A model generated the notes under the pieces. The model was not told the DNA's origin. It made no database searches and saw only the letters and a program-made list of their open reading frames with translations. Position numbers and translations under genes: made by a program. Positions 1 to 9,566 of a stretch of DNA of 64,000 bases are shown in pieces. Source of the DNA: Candidatus Daviesbacteria bacterium (lineage in GTDB: Bacteria; Patescibacteriota; Microgenomatia; Daviesbacterales; UBA10151). Every line of letters begins with the position of its first letter. Positions within the stretch are counted from its first letter, which is position 1. The stretch spans positions 14,943 to 78,942 of the forward strand of contig JBEPVZ010000001.1 in assembly GCA_041690695.1 (NCBI GenBank), given 5' to 3'.

Positions 1-213
1 AAAGAGACTTATACGCAAGCTAATCTAAGAAAAAAGGTAGTATATTATCTTTCCAGTTCCCCTAAAGGCAAGATTAAATTTAATATGTTTATTAACCCAG
101 AAATAGATAAATATCTATCCTATGTATCAAAAAAGGATAGATCCACAAAGTCCGAAATAATAAGAGATCTTATTCTGGGAAAGATGCGTAAAGACTTGAA
201 TTATCCAACTTAA
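1..213 (+). CDS. 3' end of a partial ORF with a C-terminal ribbon-helix-helix-like motif
   Basis: Frame 1 is open from base 1 to TAA 211-213: ...KIKFNMFINPEIDKYLSYVSKKDRSTKSEIIRDLILGK..., a beta-strand plus two helices with the CopG-like SEIIR motif. Not in the ORF track. Confidence 0.55.
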   Translation, partial: KETYTQANLRKKVVYYLSSSPKGKIKFNMFINPEIDKYLSYVSKKDRSTKSEIIRDLILGKMRKDLNYPT

Positions 214-266
214 TCCAAACAAATTGCCTCACGCGATGGTTAGAAGTATAATTTGGTGACTCACAA

Positions 267-890
267 ATGAGTACTACCATTATGCGTGAAATAAATATAG
301 CCAAACTACTAGTCAATACACCAAAAATAGTAAATTTTTCTCAAAAGCCGTTGATTGTCGTAGCTAAAAACGAAGTTTCTCCTATATACATAAATATCAG
401 GCTGATGTTATCTGATGTATCATTAAGATTAAGTTTAGTTGAAAGCTTTGTCAAAGTTATTGCTAACAAATTTGACTGCGTGGCAGGTATTGAGAGTGGT
501 GGTTCCTATTTTGCGGCTGCAGTCGCTGATAAGTTAAAACTTCCATTAGTATTAGTACGTAAACAGTCAAAAAAGTATGGTGACGTTAGTAGACTTGTCG
601 GTCAAATTCCGAAAAAAAATGCTAAAGTTGCAATTTTGGACGATGTGTTAGCCACCGGTACAACTGCTAATTCAGTAGTAAACTATTTTAAAGGAATTAA
701 TTGTGAGGTTTCACTGTTTATTCTTTATAGTTATGGATTTCATAATAGAGTTGCCAACAGGTTAAATATCCCCATTATCGCATTATCTGAATATAAAACG
801 GTCGGTAAACTTTCCGTAGAAGCTGGTTTGTTCAGTAACAAAGATTTAAAATTTATCGATACATTCGTCACCCGTCTAGGAGAGATCTAA
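267..890 (+). CDS. pyrE: orotate phosphoribosyltransferase-like type I PRTase
   Basis: SPIYINIR, VRKQSKKYG flexible loop, PRPP-binding AILDDVLATGTT. Confidence 0.75.
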   Translation: MSTTIMREINIAKLLVNTPKIVNFSQKPLIVVAKNEVSPIYINIRLMLSDVSLRLSLVESFVKVIANKFDCVAGIESGGSYFAAAVADKLKLPLVLVRKQSKKYGDVSRLVGQIPKKNAKVAILDDVLATGTTANSVVNYFKGINCEVSLFILYSYGFHNRVANRLNIPIIALSEYKTVGKLSVEAGLFSNKDLKFIDTFVTRLGEI

Positions 891-1495
891 TGTCTTACCC
901 GGAAATTAGATTTACGGTTCCAGATCATCAAGATATGTATAGCATAGAAGGGATCGATGGAGCTGGCAAAACAACCCAGGCTAATCGTGTGGGCCATGAA
1001 TTAATTAGGCACGAGATTTCAGTGGCGACCTTAACAAATCCAAGCAATACACCACTTGGAAAATTTTTACGGGAGAATTTAGGAACGCTGCCTTCGTGGC
1101 AACGATTTACTTTATTTGTCATGGATATGTTAGATGTTTTATCAAGAAGCTCGTACAAGGATATTATTATTTGGGATAGATATATAGATTCAACTATCGT
1201 TTCCAATTCAGACACTCATCCTGACTTAGCTGCTTTATGGGTAAACCAATTGCCACGACCTAAACATGCTTTTTTCCTAGACATTGACCCAATTAGTGTA
1301 CTTAAAAAAAGGTCAGGGTCCCTGCATGATCACTCACTAGATATTAGTCACCAAAAGTTAAAATATAGTCGTTATAAAGAGCTCATTTCTAGAAATCCAG
1401 ATCGATTTACTGTAGTTGATGGTAGTCTACCCGAAGCAGTAATCACAGAGAGGATAGCCAGTGAAATTGTGCGTTTATATACAATAAAAAAATGA
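890..1495 (+). CDS. tmk: thymidylate kinase-like NMP kinase
   Basis: P-loop IEGIDGAGKTTQ and DRYIDS motif; translationally coupled to neighbours. Confidence 0.8.
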   Translation: MSYPEIRFTVPDHQDMYSIEGIDGAGKTTQANRVGHELIRHEISVATLTNPSNTPLGKFLRENLGTLPSWQRFTLFVMDMLDVLSRSSYKDIIIWDRYIDSTIVSNSDTHPDLAALWVNQLPRPKHAFFLDIDPISVLKKRSGSLHDHSLDISHQKLKYSRYKELISRNPDRFTVVDGSLPEAVITERIASEIVRLYTIKK

Positions 1496-2352
1496 TCGAG
1501 ACAGAAAATATTTTAATTGTTGGTAGTCTAGTTAAAGATATTATCTTTGGTCAAGAAAAATATGGAGGCTCAGCTCCAGTGATAGCTTCCAATATAAAGG
1601 GATTAGGGATAAATGCTGGAGTTTTATCTGTAGCAAGCCGCGATAAGTTTAGCCAAGAATACCTAGAACACTTAGTAAAACTAGGAGTAAATATAGAGCT
1701 TATTTTGACAACACTAGATGAGCTTCCAAAATGCATTGTCGATAAAACGGATAATAAGGACACTGATAGCACTTGGGTAGATAATGGTGGGCATAGTGCC
1801 TTGGATGAGTACAACCTTTCAACGCAATCATTACAGAACTATCCATATATTCATTTAGTCAGTTGCCCTCCGGGACTAGCTAGAAGGCTGGCTAATTCGA
1901 CTAAATCTCGTCTTTCATACGAACCTGGACCAAAAGTTCTATTTGACGAAAGCTATTTTGATTACAAAGTATTTGAACAAAGTGATTGTATGTTTTTTAA
2001 TGAGGAGGAATATACGAGAGTAAGTGCAGTCATAGGAGTTACCTCACCATTAGAATTAATTGATGGTTCTAATAAGATAGTTGTGATAACTAAAGGAAGT
2101 AATGGGTCAGATATTTACACCAGTGCTGAGCTGGAACCACTCAGAATTAAAGCTGCTCCAATAAAACAGCTGATTGATTTCACTGGTGCTGGTGATGCTT
2201 ATAAATCAGGTTTTTTAGCAGGTATGGTTAGAGGATTAGACATGCCCCAAAGAGCATTTATAGGTTCACTAATGGCAGCTGAATGTATTCAGCAAATTGG
2301 GGGGATATTACCGGTAGACTATCTAATTGGACTAAGACATAAATATATGTAG
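1492..2352 (+). CDS. PfkB/ribokinase-family kinase (nucleoside kinase-like)
   Basis: YGGSA..IA, FFNEEE, ITKGSNGS, DFTGAGDAYKSGF. Confidence 0.85.
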   Translation: MIETENILIVGSLVKDIIFGQEKYGGSAPVIASNIKGLGINAGVLSVASRDKFSQEYLEHLVKLGVNIELILTTLDELPKCIVDKTDNKDTDSTWVDNGGHSALDEYNLSTQSLQNYPYIHLVSCPPGLARRLANSTKSRLSYEPGPKVLFDESYFDYKVFEQSDCMFFNEEEYTRVSAVIGVTSPLELIDGSNKIVVITKGSNGSDIYTSAELEPLRIKAAPIKQLIDFTGAGDAYKSGFLAGMVRGLDMPQRAFIGSLMAAECIQQIGGILPVDYLIGLRHKYM

Positions 2353-2353
2353 C

Positions 2354-3106
2354 TTAATTAGCTGTTTTTGCCATAGACCAAGGTATACAGAAATCTTCTA
2401 AAATACTTATTAAAGAATAAAATAAAATGCCAGTAGTGCTTGATAAAAAAATTGCTGAGAAAACTAAGGGAATATCAAACGTGTAGTACCCACTAATAAT
2501 GATATAACCTAACCCTCCATTTACGGTAATAAACTCGCTGACGAGAGCTCCAACTATCGCTAAAGATATCGATATTTTTAATGATGAAAATATATACGGG
2601 AGAGATGCAGGTAGAACCAATCGTCTTATAATTTGATATCTTGAAGCTGAGTAGAGTCGGAAAAAATCTAGATATTCATTATTTATCGACTTAACCCCTC
2701 TGACCAGGTTTATTAATGAAGGGAAAAAAGATATCAAGCCAGCTGCAATTATATGAGAAATCCGTCCAGATCCCAGCCAAAGTACTAATATTGGGGCAAA
2801 AGCAATGACTGGAATAGTCTCTAAAATAACGGCATAAGGCAGAATAATCTCTTCCATAAAACTGAATCTAAATACCAATAAAACAATTGTAAGGCTAAAT
2901 ACGTTAGCTATTGTAAATCCTCCAATAGCCTCAACTAAAGTTATCAGCCAGTTTTCACTAAGTAGCTGGATGTTTTTAGAGAAAGATGCATAAACCACCT
3001 CGGGGGAAGGAAAAAGATAAGAGGGAAGGTCCAGAGTTTTTGTCAGAAGACTCCAAAGCGATATTAAGAAAAAGAGACTTATTACTAAGTAAATCAGTTT
3101 ACGCAT
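2354..3106 (-). CDS. ABC transporter permease (NitT/TauT family)
   Basis: LFPSPE, IPVIAFAPILVLWLG, EAA-type loop, multiple TM helices. Confidence 0.88.
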   Translation of the reverse strand: MRKLIYLVISLFFLISLWSLLTKTLDLPSYLFPSPEVVYASFSKNIQLLSENWLITLVEAIGGFTIANVFSLTIVLLVFRFSFMEEIILPYAVILETIPVIAFAPILVLWLGSGRISHIIAAGLISFFPSLINLVRGVKSINNEYLDFFRLYSASRYQIIRRLVLPASLPYIFSSLKISISLAIVGALVSEFITVNGGLGYIIISGYYTFDIPLVFSAIFLSSTTGILFYSLISILEDFCIPWSMAKTAN

Positions 3107-3836
3107 CTGTAAGCTCTCTTCTTAAAAGTTTTAGATATTTTATGAATTTTGGAGAAAACCTAGTTTGTGTATTCCTAGTAGAAAAGTTTATATCAAGAAT
3201 AGTTTTTACCTGAGTAGGCCTCCTTGAAAGGATAACCACCTTGTTGGATAAGTAGATTGCTTCAGTAAGGGAATGTGTGACCAAAATGGTTGTCATTTTT
3301 CCTTGATCGTGTGTAGTCAGCAGTTTGTCTTGGAGAAACTCTCTGTTTGGTTCATCAATCGAAGAAAAAGGTTCGTCTAACAACAATAGTTCCGGATCAA
3401 GAATTAAACTTTGGAGAATACAAACCAACTTCATGGTACCTCCGGAGAGATGTTGGATAGGCATATTTGATTTACCGGCTAAATTCACCATTTCTAATAG
3501 GTCAAGAGCTCGTTGGTAATCTTTATTCGATACTATTTGTTGTGGTAGCATGATGTTTTCAATGGTATTTAACCATGGAAAGAGGGTCGGTGTTTGAAAA
3601 CATAGGCCAATCTTACTTTTTTCGCGTAGTGATTTAGCTGGTTTGCGATTTATGGTTATTTGGCCAGAATCGAGAGGAAGGAGGGTTGAGATTAGTCTTA
3701 GCAAAGTCGTTTTACCACAACCGTACGGCCCAACTATCGACACAAAATCTCCCTTGTTAATATCTAAATTAAGATTATTGATAACTTTGACGTTTTGATA
3801 GCTTTTCGAGACTCCCCGCAAGGAGACGAAGCTCAT
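3099..3836 (-). CDS. ABC transporter ATP-binding protein (NitT/TauT family)
   Basis: Walker A GPYGCGKTT, signature LSGG, Walker B LLLLDEPF, H-loop VTHS. Confidence 0.9.
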   Translation of the reverse strand: MSFVSLRGVSKSYQNVKVINNLNLDINKGDFVSIVGPYGCGKTTLLRLISTLLPLDSGQITINRKPAKSLREKSKIGLCFQTPTLFPWLNTIENIMLPQQIVSNKDYQRALDLLEMVNLAGKSNMPIQHLSGGTMKLVCILQSLILDPELLLLDEPFSSIDEPNREFLQDKLLTTHDQGKMTTILVTHSLTEAIYLSNKVVILSRRPTQVKTILDINFSTRNTQTRFSPKFIKYLKLLRRELTDA

Positions 3837-4837
3837 TCGTTAACAAATTGATTGGTGAAAGCTTGATCTAAAGTTATTGATCCTTTTAGAAGGTCCTGGG
3901 AACTTAAGATCTCTTGCATACCCTGCCAGATTTTGGTATCTGATAAACCAATCTTCTGATCAGTAAAGATTAAGCTTTGGCTTAGATTAAGAGAATCTAA
4001 TTCATGTTTTCTATTGAGTGTGTTGTTTCTAGCTAAGGTTGAGTTGATGGCTCCTTCTTTATCAATAAATGCCATATTCCATCCTTCAAGCGTGGCAGTA
4101 ACAAACTTTTTTACAATATCGGGATGATTTTTGACCATATCTTCAGTTGTAAAGATAGTATCTCCGTAAAAATTTATGCCATAGTCACGCGGCTTTATTA
4201 TATTGACATCAATACCTTGGTCAGCCAGTAAAAGAGGTTCGTTAACTTCATAACCTACTTCCGCATCTATGTTACCCGTGATAAATTGAGTAAGATCAAA
4301 CGTTTTTGGAACGGCGTTTATACGATTATTATCTATGCCCTGTTTTGATAACAAGGCTCTATATATTATTTCATCGTCGTCAGCAGCAACAACACCAATC
4401 TTTTTCCCAACAAGATCAATAGGTTTTAGGATATTTAAAGATTTTTTTGAGTAGATAGCGATCGGAGATTTTTGGTAGATGACTGCAACAGCAACAACGG
4501 GCACTCCTTTATCACGAGCTAATAAGATTTGATTACCACTCGTTATACCAAAACTATCTGCTCCAGATACCACCATTGCTATAGAGGAAATATTTGGGCC
4601 ACCTGGATCAATAGAAACATTTAATCCTTGATTGGCATATAAACCCTTATCCTGGGCGACATAAATTCCGGCAAATTGACTTTGATTTAACCACTTTAAC
4701 CTAATAGAGATATTAATTGCCGCATGCACGGAAGGACTGGTATTCGATATTTTGGGTTGATTTAGTCGAAAAAGATAATAAACAAATAGTCCTAAAACTA
4801 GGAGTATTATAATAATTGTGAGTCGTTTAAATGACAT
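3833..4837 (-). CDS. ABC substrate-binding protein, NMT1/THI5-like
   Basis: N-terminal TM anchor; LKWLNQSQFAGIYVAQDKGLY, DLVGKKIG, YGINFYGD, PDIVKKFVTATLEGW. Confidence 0.85.
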   Translation of the reverse strand: MSFKRLTIIIILLVLGLFVYYLFRLNQPKISNTSPSVHAAINISIRLKWLNQSQFAGIYVAQDKGLYANQGLNVSIDPGGPNISSIAMVVSGADSFGITSGNQILLARDKGVPVVAVAVIYQKSPIAIYSKKSLNILKPIDLVGKKIGVVAADDDEIIYRALLSKQGIDNNRINAVPKTFDLTQFITGNIDAEVGYEVNEPLLLADQGIDVNIIKPRDYGINFYGDTIFTTEDMVKNHPDIVKKFVTATLEGWNMAFIDKEGAINSTLARNNTLNRKHELDSLNLSQSLIFTDQKIGLSDTKIWQGMQEILSSQDLLKGSITLDQAFTNQFVNE

Positions 4838-4838
4838 T

Positions 4839-4866
4839 TTTTAATACTCATTAATGAGTATTAAAA
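4839..4866. promoter_or_regulatory. perfect 28-bp palindrome immediately upstream of the ABC operon start (candidate operator or hairpin)
   Basis: TTTTAATACTCATTAATGAGTATTAAAA is its own reverse complement; the start codon is at 4837-4835. Confidence 0.5.
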
Positions 4867-4924
4867 GGATTGTATGCCTACTATTCTAGTGTGTCAAGCT
4901 ACGACAAAAATATCTAGGGATTAA

Positions 4925-5371
4925 TTAAACAGCTTTCAAAGCATCAAACCCTTTAAGAATATATTTATCAACATTCGGTGAGAAATCATAGTCACCAATT
5001 TGATCTTCCGAGATCCATTGAACTTTGCTAGTATCTTCTAAGGCTTTTGCTTCCCCAGATTTCCAGTGACATAAAAAAATCAAGGCGATGACATGCTGTC
5101 CTGTCGATCTGAGAAAAGTATTATTAGATAGAAGAGTTACATTGTCTTGAATGTCTACTCCCGTTTCCTCCTTAACTTCGTCGGATAGGGTCTTTTCTAT
5201 AATATTCCAAACATTACCATCAGTTCGCTCAACTTTACCGCCGGGTATAGTCCATTTTCCAGGATCATGTGTTTCTTCCATGCTCCGTTGTGAAGCTAAT
5301 ATTTTTCCGTTCTTTTCTACCACCGCATTTATAAGTACTAAATGAGTTTTATCAGTAGCCAGGTCGCTCAT
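4925..5371 (-). CDS. NUDIX hydrolase
   Basis: WTIPGGKVE...EVKEETG Nudix box (with a short insertion). Confidence 0.85.
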   Translation of the reverse strand: MSDLATDKTHLVLINAVVEKNGKILASQRSMEETHDPGKWTIPGGKVERTDGNVWNIIEKTLSDEVKEETGVDIQDNVTLLSNNTFLRSTGQHVIALIFLCHWKSGEAKALEDTSKVQWISEDQIGDYDFSPNVDKYILKGFDALKAV

Positions 5372-5419
5372 ATAACATATATACTAAACTAATCGCCAAT
5401 AAAATTCAATTAATCTATC

Positions 5420-5926
5420 TCAAGATATATTGTCTATTCTAAAACTTCTACGCTGAGAATTAATCTTACCCGAGCAAACTTGGTTCACTTTTCTACCAAT
5501 TAGAATTCGGGCAATCGGAGATACATAGGAAATTGAATCCGGTTGCCCAAAAACCATATAACTTCCTATTCTGTAGCTTAGCAACTCTTCATAATCAAGG
5601 TCAAAAAAATCAACTGTTCTTCCCAGACCAACATACCCAGCTAAATAATCAGGTAATACAATTTTTGACTTTTCTTTGACCTTTAATAAATTTACGAACT
5701 GTCGGGAGTGCCGTTCATGTTCGCTTTGAGCATAATCGAAAGCAAAATTGTCATGCCAGGTTTCTCCACCACCATGAGTGGCATCGCCAATCAGTTGACC
5801 AGCTTGTAGTACATCCATACGAGCCTTTTTTATCCCTTGCTCGAGTAGTAAGTAGTCCGGTTCTAGAAAATAAATGTTCGTGGGAAGAGATGGTATTTGA
5901 TTTCTTTCACCCCTACGTTCCGGCAT
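5420..5926 (-). CDS. GreA/GreB-family transcription elongation factor-like protein
   Basis: Coiled coil with WHDNFAFD tip; C-terminal VGLG...ISYVSPIARILIGRKV. Confidence 0.7.
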   Translation of the reverse strand: MPERRGERNQIPSLPTNIYFLEPDYLLLEQGIKKARMDVLQAGQLIGDATHGGGETWHDNFAFDYAQSEHERHSRQFVNLLKVKEKSKIVLPDYLAGYVGLGRTVDFFDLDYEELLSYRIGSYMVFGQPDSISYVSPIARILIGRKVNQVCSGKINSQRRSFRIDNIS

Positions 5927-6018
5927 CCTTGATTTTTAACACAACTCAACTTCAATATCAACATAACCTTAATTTAGGGACAAGCCTAGATGCCCGCTTT
6001 ATTTAATTGAAAGACGAG

Positions 6019-6090
6019 AGCGGGATAGGGGAATCGAACCCCTTACATTCTGCTTGGAAAGCAGACGTTCTACCAGTGAACTAATCCCGC
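6019..6090 (-). tRNA. tRNA-Gly(TCC)
   Basis: Cloverleaf GCGGGAT...TCTGC-TTTCCAA-GCAGA...GGTTCGATTCC...ATCCCGC-T. Confidence 0.95.
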
Positions 6091-6157
6091 AGGATGACCC
6101 CTATTTTCCCAGAACCTACTCTAGTTTTCAACCCATAAGTGCTATATTTAATAGTAG

Positions 6158-6886
6158 ATGCGTTACACCCATGGTATAAAGTTAATTCGGAAACGTCCCC
6201 ACGTTGGCAAGATCTCTTTAGCCATTACATTGACGCTGGTCTTATTAATTGTCGTTTTGGGTTTCACTTCCTTAAATGCCGAGCGGTTTTTTATTGGATT
6301 TGTCGAAAGTTTGTATCGAGTCAGCTTGTCATATGTCATTGCCTTAGTTTTGGCTTTAGTTTTAGCCTTAATCATCAGTGCTTCAAAGGTCGTTGAAGAA
6401 GTCTTAGTCCCAATTTTGGATGTTTTACAAAGTTTTCCATCCTTTGCCCTATTTCCATTATTTGTGCTCTGGTTTGGTAAGACCTCAATCGTGACCATCA
6501 TAATTTTAATTGCCGAGATGATCTGGCCAATCTTATTTACAGTTTTAACTGCTCATAAACAGATTCGTGAAGATGTTTTAGAAGCGGCTAAATCTTTTAA
6601 AGCCCAAGGTTTAAAATTACTCTGGTTTGTAATTATCCCGCTAATCTTCCCGGCTATAATTACCGGATCGATCGTGGCCTGGGGCGAAGCTTGGGAAGCA
6701 ATCATCGCGGCTGAAATTATCGTTAATATTGCAGGGGTTGGTAGCTATTTGGCTGATATTGCCGCCAGCAATCATCCCGAAAAATTGGCGATTGGGATTC
6801 TAGCCTTAATGTTAATCTTATTCTTAATCAATAAATATTTGTGGTTGCCACTTTTAAATATCAGTACTAAATATCAACAAGACTAA
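6158..6886 (+). CDS. ABC transporter permease (NitT/TauT family)
   Basis: PILDVLQSFPSFALFP, EAAKSF EAA loop, TM helices. Confidence 0.88.
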   Translation: MRYTHGIKLIRKRPHVGKISLAITLTLVLLIVVLGFTSLNAERFFIGFVESLYRVSLSYVIALVLALVLALIISASKVVEEVLVPILDVLQSFPSFALFPLFVLWFGKTSIVTIIILIAEMIWPILFTVLTAHKQIREDVLEAAKSFKAQGLKLLWFVIIPLIFPAIITGSIVAWGEAWEAIIAAEIIVNIAGVGSYLADIAASNHPEKLAIGILALMLILFLINKYLWLPLLNISTKYQQD

Positions 6887-7611
6887 TGCTAACTTTAAAA
6901 AATATCTCTAAAAATTACACAGACGAGGGTAAAAAAGCTGTTATTTTAGATGATATTAATCTGGAATTTAAAACTGGCGAGCTGACAACTTTGATTGGGC
7001 CGTCCGGTTGTGGTAAATCAACCCTCCTACGAATTATTTCTGGTTTAACTCCGCCCAGTCATGGCCAACTAGTCTGGGCAGAAACTCCACAAATTGGTTT
7101 TATCTTCCAAAACTATGCTCTTTTCCCTTATTTAACAGTTTTTGAAAATATCGAGTTTGGATTAAAGATGAAAGGCACGAGTAAAGCCGAGCGAATAAAA
7201 ATAGTTAATGAGTTGATCGAGGAAGTTGGTTTAAAAGGTTACGCTGATAAACATCCCAAAGAACTATCGGGCGGGATGAAACAACGAGTTGGGATTGCCA
7301 GGGCTTTAGCAATCTCACCCAATGTTTTATTAATGGATGAGCCATTTTCATCACTCGATGAGTTTACGGCCGAGGATTTAAGAGCCTTACTGCTTAATTT
7401 GTGGTCAAAAAAGCATCTGAGCGTTATTATGGTCACTCATTTAATTAGAGAAGCGCTCCAATTGGCAGATCAGATCGTGGTTTTATCAACCAAGCCTGGT
7501 CGAATTAAAAAAGTCATGACCAATGAGCTAGCGAGACCAAGAAATTTAAGATCTGATGAATTTTTCAAACAAGAAGATCGTTTAAAAGAATTAATCCATC
7601 AAGAGTTATAA
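6886..7611 (+). CDS. ABC transporter ATP-binding protein (NitT/TauT family)
   Basis: GPSGCGKST, LSGGMKQR, LLMDEPFSSLD. Confidence 0.92.
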   Translation: MLTLKNISKNYTDEGKKAVILDDINLEFKTGELTTLIGPSGCGKSTLLRIISGLTPPSHGQLVWAETPQIGFIFQNYALFPYLTVFENIEFGLKMKGTSKAERIKIVNELIEEVGLKGYADKHPKELSGGMKQRVGIARALAISPNVLLMDEPFSSLDEFTAEDLRALLLNLWSKKHLSVIMVTHLIREALQLADQIVVLSTKPGRIKKVMTNELARPRNLRSDEFFKQEDRLKELIHQEL

Positions 7612-8004
7612 AGCGGCTTTAATCTTGTCAAAATTAGAAATTTGGACCGACTCGTCATCACTTTTTTCTGCAAAGTGAAGTTTAACCTCATCGTTATGAA
7701 ATCTTGGTTTAATATGGAGATGAAAATGGTTAACTTCTTGGCCAGCCGCTGGCTCATTATTTTGAATCAAATTAACTCCATCAGCATTAAGACCTTTTTT
7801 AACCGCTTTTGAGATTTTTATCGCCGCCGACATAACCGCCGCTCCGGTTTGATCATCTAAGTCATAAATCGTAGCGATATGTTTTTTGGGTACAACTAGG
7901 GGATGGCCCTGAAGTGACAAAAAAACGATGACCTCCTTATCTTCAAAGATAGCTTTGTGGGGTAATTTTCCAGCAATAATTTTGCAAAAAACACAGTCTT
8001 CCAT
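7606..8004 (-). CDS. HIT-family hydrolase
   Basis: DCVFCKI, GHPLVVPKKH, AGQEVNHFHLHI histidine triad. Confidence 0.92.
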   Translation of the reverse strand: MEDCVFCKIIAGKLPHKAIFEDKEVIVFLSLQGHPLVVPKKHIATIYDLDDQTGAAVMSAAIKISKAVKKGLNADGVNLIQNNEPAAGQEVNHFHLHIKPRFHNDEVKLHFAEKSDDESVQISNFDKIKAAL

Positions 8005-8012
8005 AGCAATTA

Positions 8013-8489
8013 TTATACCAAAATTCTACGTTGGGTAGGACGGACGCTGGGTCGTTGACGTTTAAGTTCTTCTAAATCGCGTAATAATTTTTGAAGATCT
8101 CCTTCAATATTATCAAGAGTTACTCGAGTTTGTTTATCACCTGATTCGTCATCATCTTGAAGCTCCTCAACATCTTCCTGAAGCTCACCTAAATCATCTT
8201 GAACTTCTTCGATATCATCAGCCACGCTGGCTAAACTTTGCGCTTGGCGATTGACTGTCATTTGAATAAAGATCGCTAGATAAATTGCTTCTAGAGAAAC
8301 GGCGGTTGTTAAAATTAATAAGATACTATCAAGCCCTAGGCCAAATAAACGCAAGCCAAAAATACCAATAAAGAAGATTGTGTGAGCCACGATCGAGAGA
8401 GGCGTACCAACTAAGTTGGTTAAACGAATCGAAAATTGAGCTAGGCCATTAAGATTATTATCAATTTTGGATTTAACTTTTTTAACCAT
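8013..8489 (-). CDS. DUF1003-like membrane protein with coiled-coil tail
   Basis: Two TM helices, LTTAVSLEAIYLAIFIQM, acidic coiled coil. Confidence 0.65.
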   Translation of the reverse strand: MVKKVKSKIDNNLNGLAQFSIRLTNLVGTPLSIVAHTIFFIGIFGLRLFGLGLDSILLILTTAVSLEAIYLAIFIQMTVNRQAQSLASVADDIEEVQDDLGELQEDVEELQDDDESGDKQTRVTLDNIEGDLQKLLRDLEELKRQRPSVRPTQRRILV

Positions 8490-8613
8490 AAATTAGGATC
8501 TCCACTCATATAGGCGTTTAATGATTGTAACTCAAAAAATTGACGATAGGCAATAGTCTGAATGTAAAAGTATTAGACTTCATATCGTCATTCTGATAAA
8601 ATCTATTCCAGTT

Positions 8614-8698
8614 GCCGCAGTGGTGGAATGGTATACACGCGCGCCTTAAGAGCGTGTGAGCTACGCTTATGTGGGTTCGACTCCCACCTGCGGCACCA
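8614..8698 (+). tRNA. tRNA-Leu(TAA)
   Basis: GCCGCAG...CGCGC-CTTAAGA-GCGTG, long variable arm, GGTTCGACTCC, ends GCGGC-ACCA. Confidence 0.95.
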
Positions 8699-8751
8699 AA
8701 TTGATTAGGCCATTGACAATTAAACTGTTGGAGAGTATACATACTTCATAT

Positions 8752-9477
8752 ATGCCAGGCGAGCATTTATCAGAATTTACTCCTCCAATTCCAGAACATC
8801 CTTTCATGGGAAATATTAAAAAATCACTTGTTCTTTATCAAGGAAGCCAGGTTCAAAGAAGACCATCAAGAGAAGTTATTGAGAGATATATTACATTCGA
8901 CGATGAGGATTTCCCAGACACGGCCCGTTTAAATGATTCCGATGTCCCCGTCTGGGCAATTATGGGAAATATAGATACACCTCATGAGACGCAAACGCTT
9001 AGAGGAGTTATTGAACAAACAGCTGATGACAATGATGTATCACTCGACGAGATGCAGGCGGCAATTGTATTTTATGGTGAAAATATAAGGGCGATTGATA
9101 TAAGACGGGCAGAGAATAATGGATATCAACCTCCTCTAACAACTTTTGGAGAGCTTGCAGCTGAAGAAAATGCTTGGCTTAATCAAGGGAGATCGCAAGA
9201 AGACGATCCTGCCGATGAATTAATGGCAGAACTAGGAATGCCACCAGAAGCTAAGTTTGACTTTTTTGCAGCTGGGTTAGAAGCTATGCCTGTAGAATTT
9301 TGGACAGACCTAGTTGAAAGTGAAGTTATAGATAATGATAATATTACAAATCCACGCCCTCCTTATACTCAAACACAGATTAGTGACATGATTCAATATC
9401 AAGCGACTGTTGATGAAGAAGAACGTCTTACAGCGGAACAACACAAAAACGAACCTCGATTAGGCAAAGATCAATAG
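8752..9477 (+). CDS. hypothetical protein (acidic; possible DUF433-like segment)
   Basis: ORF-track frame; start moved to ATG 8752 because the longer start lies inside tRNA-Leu. Confidence 0.6.
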   Translation: MPGEHLSEFTPPIPEHPFMGNIKKSLVLYQGSQVQRRPSREVIERYITFDDEDFPDTARLNDSDVPVWAIMGNIDTPHETQTLRGVIEQTADDNDVSLDEMQAAIVFYGENIRAIDIRRAENNGYQPPLTTFGELAAEENAWLNQGRSQEDDPADELMAELGMPPEAKFDFFAAGLEAMPVEFWTDLVESEVIDNDNITNPRPPYTQTQISDMIQYQATVDEEERLTAEQHKNEPRLGKDQ

Positions 9478-9566
9478 TTTTACCTCTACTTCTGTTTCAT
9501 ATTTTTCTTGAACATCCAGGAATGGATAATTTGTGCTAGTACAATTTTTTTGCTAGAATCCGAGGC

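Noticed and set aside
8518-8742. 74-aa minus-strand ORF and the extended start of the 8656 ORF
   Set aside because: Both overlap tRNA-Leu and are shadow translations.
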